From Nemertoderma westbladi (Eukaryota; Animalia; Xenacoelomorpha), in contig JAUCBJ010006059.1 in NCBI GenBank assembly GCA_032718475.1, positions 1 to 64,000 on the forward strand: 64,000 nucleotides of DNA, given 5' to 3'. Shown here piece after piece: positions 60,365 through 64,000 of this stretch; the stretch's first letter is position 1; the number at the start of each line of letters is the position of its first letter. The position numbers were made by a program, and so were the translations under genes. Under the pieces are notes generated by a model that made no database searches, had not been told where the DNA came from, and saw only the letters and a program-made list of their open reading frames with translations.

Positions 60365-63348
60365 TACTACTACTACTATGATCGGCATGCTACATTTTTA
60401 ACATTTGTTACATTTGTAAGAATGCTGTGCCGGCTTGTCGACAAAATTGCGCCGCCACAACTCCCTATCACCCATGACATTTGCTAGAGCATCCGCATTT
60501 TCAAGGCCAGTGTCCTTTAAGATGCGTCTCAAGAAAGTCATGGGCTGTCCACCATGCTTATTCACTCAATGAGGCTGCCAAAGCAAAAGATTATGCACTG
60601 GCTGGTCCTCACGGCGAAAGCAATGTCCTGCAAAGCGGAGGCGACATTGTTCTAATGTCAAGCTTGGGGGAACCAATGAGACACTTCAAATGTTATATAG
60701 TGTCTGGTTGGAGATGTGTGCATTGTACTTGACACAATGAACCCGGCGTAGCATTCTTGTGAATGTGCCATCCAAAGATTTGGTGTCCTCAGCATTAGAG
60801 ACCAGCATGGACTCCTATAGAGGAGTACTGGAACTACCGCTGCTCTAAATAATCGGACCTTAAGTTTCCGATTAATTCTCTGTGACTTCCAAATCCTGGA
60901 AAGCCTATTCAAGGCTGCCCTTGCCTTTCCCTTACGTATTTGAAGGTCCTCACCTGACTTCCGGATCCATGATCCCAGGTAACAGAAGTCGCCCACATGC
61001 TCAAGCATACCATCCTTTGAGCTTAAGCTCATCCGGTCAGAGACTTGCTGAGGACTTTCAAAGTTAACTGTCAAAATGTTGGTCTTTTTGGAGTTAATAA
61101 ATAGACCAACACTAGAAGCAGCCTGTTCTAATGAGCGGAGGAGCCGTTGGGCTACCTCTAGTGATTCTGAAAGTACTCCTAAGTCATCAGCAAAGTCTAT
61201 ATCAGTTAGGTACTTGGCATTTATTATAGGAAGGGATCTAGGGGTCTTAACCTCGAATGATAAGTTTATTTTACCGAAAATAACTTATCTTTTATTGGCG
61301 CAATTGTAGGACTAATCCCATCACATGCGTAATTTTTAACCGGGTAGTGTACAAATTTAGGAATCGCGTAATTTTTCTTGAAATTAATATCTCATATCTC
61401 TCCAAACCACGTACGCGTTTCGACCTTCTTGCACATCAAGAAGCGAATCAAAAGCCTTGAAGAAGTCAACAAAGATAACAGCCAGACCTCAGAGGGAACA
61501 CCATCTACACCACTGGCACGAATGGTCTTAATGCTCTTTGCAGCAGCCTTCACTTCTGCAAAGGAGATATCGCCAATGGGAATATCTGGGAGTACAGACT
61601 CAGACACTTTTACTTCTATAAAGTTATCAGGCAATACCCTGTCATTATTGAGGAGCTTTTCAAAGTGGGCTTTCCAACCATTGAGGCGATCGGCTGGTGA
61701 TTCAGCCTTAACCTTGGTGGTTGGTTGGCTTTTCCGCCCAGTAAGCAAGTTGATCGATTTCCATGCCTGGGATGATTGCCTGCTGTTGTCAGCATCATTG
61801 ATGGCATCAACCTGTTGGTTTCTTAGCTCCTGCAGATTAACAGAGTACAGCCTGTTCAGGGACCTAGATGCAGCCTTAACCGTATTCTTGGCCGCTGTAG
61901 TGTGTTTGAGTCGGGACTCTTTCTGTGCCATATAGAGGTCATTTCGGCACTTCTGAATATTGTGGTCAGTCCAGGGGGCCCTTTTCCTGTTTCGAGGGTA
62001 TACAGGAACTGTTTCTGCAGTTGCTAACTTAACTGCTTCTGTGAAGACAGTATAGCCCTCGCAGTGATCTGCCGCCTCAGAGGCAAGAACCTCGTACCTG
62101 TTGCTCAGCTGTAGTGTGAAGCTGGATCTCACACTGGGATGTTGCAACAGAGAGGACCAGTCATGCCGCGGCAAGGCAGATTTCGTTGTTGTGCTAGCAC
62201 GCAGACTAAGTCTTACCTTGGCCACAATAAGGCGGTGATCACTGGAGAAGGGTCGTAGTGTAAATGCATTACAGTCTTGTATAGAGCTCCTGTATTTCCT
62301 ACGAAACAGGATATGGTCTATCTGGGACTTGTGACTACTGGGTCCACTATGAGTCCATAGCTTTCCAGTTCGCTTCTTGAACTGGGTTCCAGCCGAAAAC
62401 AATCCATTTCCAGAGATAAAATACTGAAGATGGACGGAATTTCGGTTAACACTATTGCTATAGACCCAGGGCGATGTAGGTGAGTGATGCAGACTTGCAT
62501 TAAAGTCTCCCAGGAATGTTAAGAATGCATGCTGATCCACTCCATCAGTAGCTGCTTGTAGATTCTGGTAGAAATTTTCCACCTCCTATACAGGGGCAAC
62601 ACTAGTTGGAGAGTAGCACACAATCGGAACCACCCTAGGAATCTTCTTAGCCAGTCTTCCAGAACATGAGAAGTGGCAACGGATGATGCGGTTAGAGATT
62701 TGGTCTATTTTGTCCAATGCTGCATGTGCAGTTGGATTCATCAATAGACCAATTCCACCATTGCCACTATCATCTGCTGAAGCGAGGGCGAGTCGCCAAC
62801 CGCCCCCCATGTCCTTAATCAGAACCTCATCAGTCTGTCCAGTCTGCATTCAGTGCTCTTGAACACCCACTGCACTAAGAGAAAGCTTATCTGCCAAGGC
62901 GGTCAGCTCACCTTGTCGCATTGGGGACCCGAGTGTTAGGGTGTTTACTGAGGCTAGTCTAGTGACTTGCCTCAGATTCACCAATGGCTTTGTTGGTCGG
63001 GGTGGAACATGAGAGTAGCCTCCAACTCCAGAATCCCCATCCCCATCACAATCTTTGTTTGTATAGAGCTCCTATATTTCCTACGAAACAGAATATGGTA
63101 CTTGTGACCACTGGGTCCACTATGAGTCCATAGCTTTCCAGTTCGCTTCTTGAACTGGGTTCCAGCCGAAAACAATCCATTCGCAGAGATAAAATCCTGA
63201 AGATGGACGGAATTTCGGTTACAAATATTCTCTACATTTCAAGAAAAAAACGCAGAATTGGACAGTTTTCGGAAAAAAGGTGGTTTTAACGCAAGCCGTG
63301 AGAAAAAACGCATTGCATTAAAAAACGCAGCGGTAGGATTCCTGGCTT
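60365..63348 (-). mobile_element. Defective RTE-type LINE (APE endonuclease + RT) with internal retrozyme fragment and 45-bp flanking direct repeats
   Basis: APE motifs (GGIGLLM, CYSPT, LGDFNA, QIDHIL, SDH), GVDGVP.EVW, LTDIDFADDLG, DFCYLGSWI, LKVRLFRAAVVPVLLY. (TAG)n tail at 60365. Direct repeats at 60320-60364 and 63349-63393. Confidence 0.88.
61218..61427 (-). repeat. 210-bp fragment of the 412-bp hammerhead unit embedded in the LINE
   Basis: Reverse complement runs AAGGTCGAAACGCGTACGTGG...TTAAAGATAAG...CCTTCCTATAATAAATG, matching array positions ~279-488 with a few substitutions/indels. Confidence 0.95.
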
Positions 63349-64000
63349 ACAGAGTAATGTATTTATATTAATTAATTTGAATATAATAGCCTCACGTAGC
63401 CTCAAAACCATACAACTTACCAACGCCCTTATTATGCAACTTTTGAAGCCCATACTTCTGCTATTTTTCCAAGAAATTCAGATTGTGTAACATATATTTA
63501 GGAATCCTTGCATGGCAAGATTTCCAAAAGTTACAAATTAATATTTGTAAAAAAAAAATGGGTGGGGGGGGGGGGGGGGGGGGGTGGGTGTCCGTCCATG
63601 CACTGAATAACGAGACTATATTCCAGGACTGTTTAATTAATAGTAGCTCCGCTGAATCACTCATTCGTGTTCCTCAAACACGTTACCCTCGCCTCGGTTG
63701 CCGCGAGTTCCCATTATCCGGAACTACACTTTGGAACCAACTACCTCATCAGAACATTTGCCTCACTCACTACTTCATTAAACCAATTGAAGCAACAATG
63801 GAGCAGCAAAAATGAAACTGTAACCTGTACATTTCAATGAAACCTGCTTCCCCCCTTAATTCAAACCTGAATTGAGACTTCTCCACCCTGTCTCATACCA
63901 TTGTTCTGTAGCAGAGCGGACAAGCCAGGTACAGTAAGTATATTAGGGTTGAGTAGGAGGACAGTGGACAGTGTCTGCAAATTATTGGTAATGAATGTTG

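Overview
AT-rich, repeat-dense genomic DNA from an animal (an invertebrate by inference). Three host genes are supported, all on the + strand: an intronless WDR75/UTP17 (12230-14659), a four-exon KChIP/calsenilin-family calcium sensor (30399-56527, about 265 aa) and an intronless single-domain creatine kinase (57868-59025). The rest is mostly mobile DNA: RTE-type LINE relics, a Sola1 transposon, hAT/Kolobok/MULE-like non-autonomous elements, Helentron-associated (HINE-like) elements, a rearranged non-autonomous LTR element, tRNA-derived SINEs and several minisatellites. Three observations stand out. (1) A 412-bp tandem array whose unit fuses a tRNA-type Pol III promoter to a minimal type I hammerhead ribozyme inside a 23-bp closing helix (retrozyme-like); this sequence is joined co-directionally to RTE reverse transcriptase sequence at two separate loci. 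(2) A 30-bp minisatellite that has amplified the KChIP exon 3/intron 3 junction into 29 in-frame 5' splice sites. (3) Two HINE-like families whose ~150-bp internal monomers each carry a CTCF-like or RFX X-box-like motif. All calls come from reading the sequence by eye; no searches or folding programs were run.
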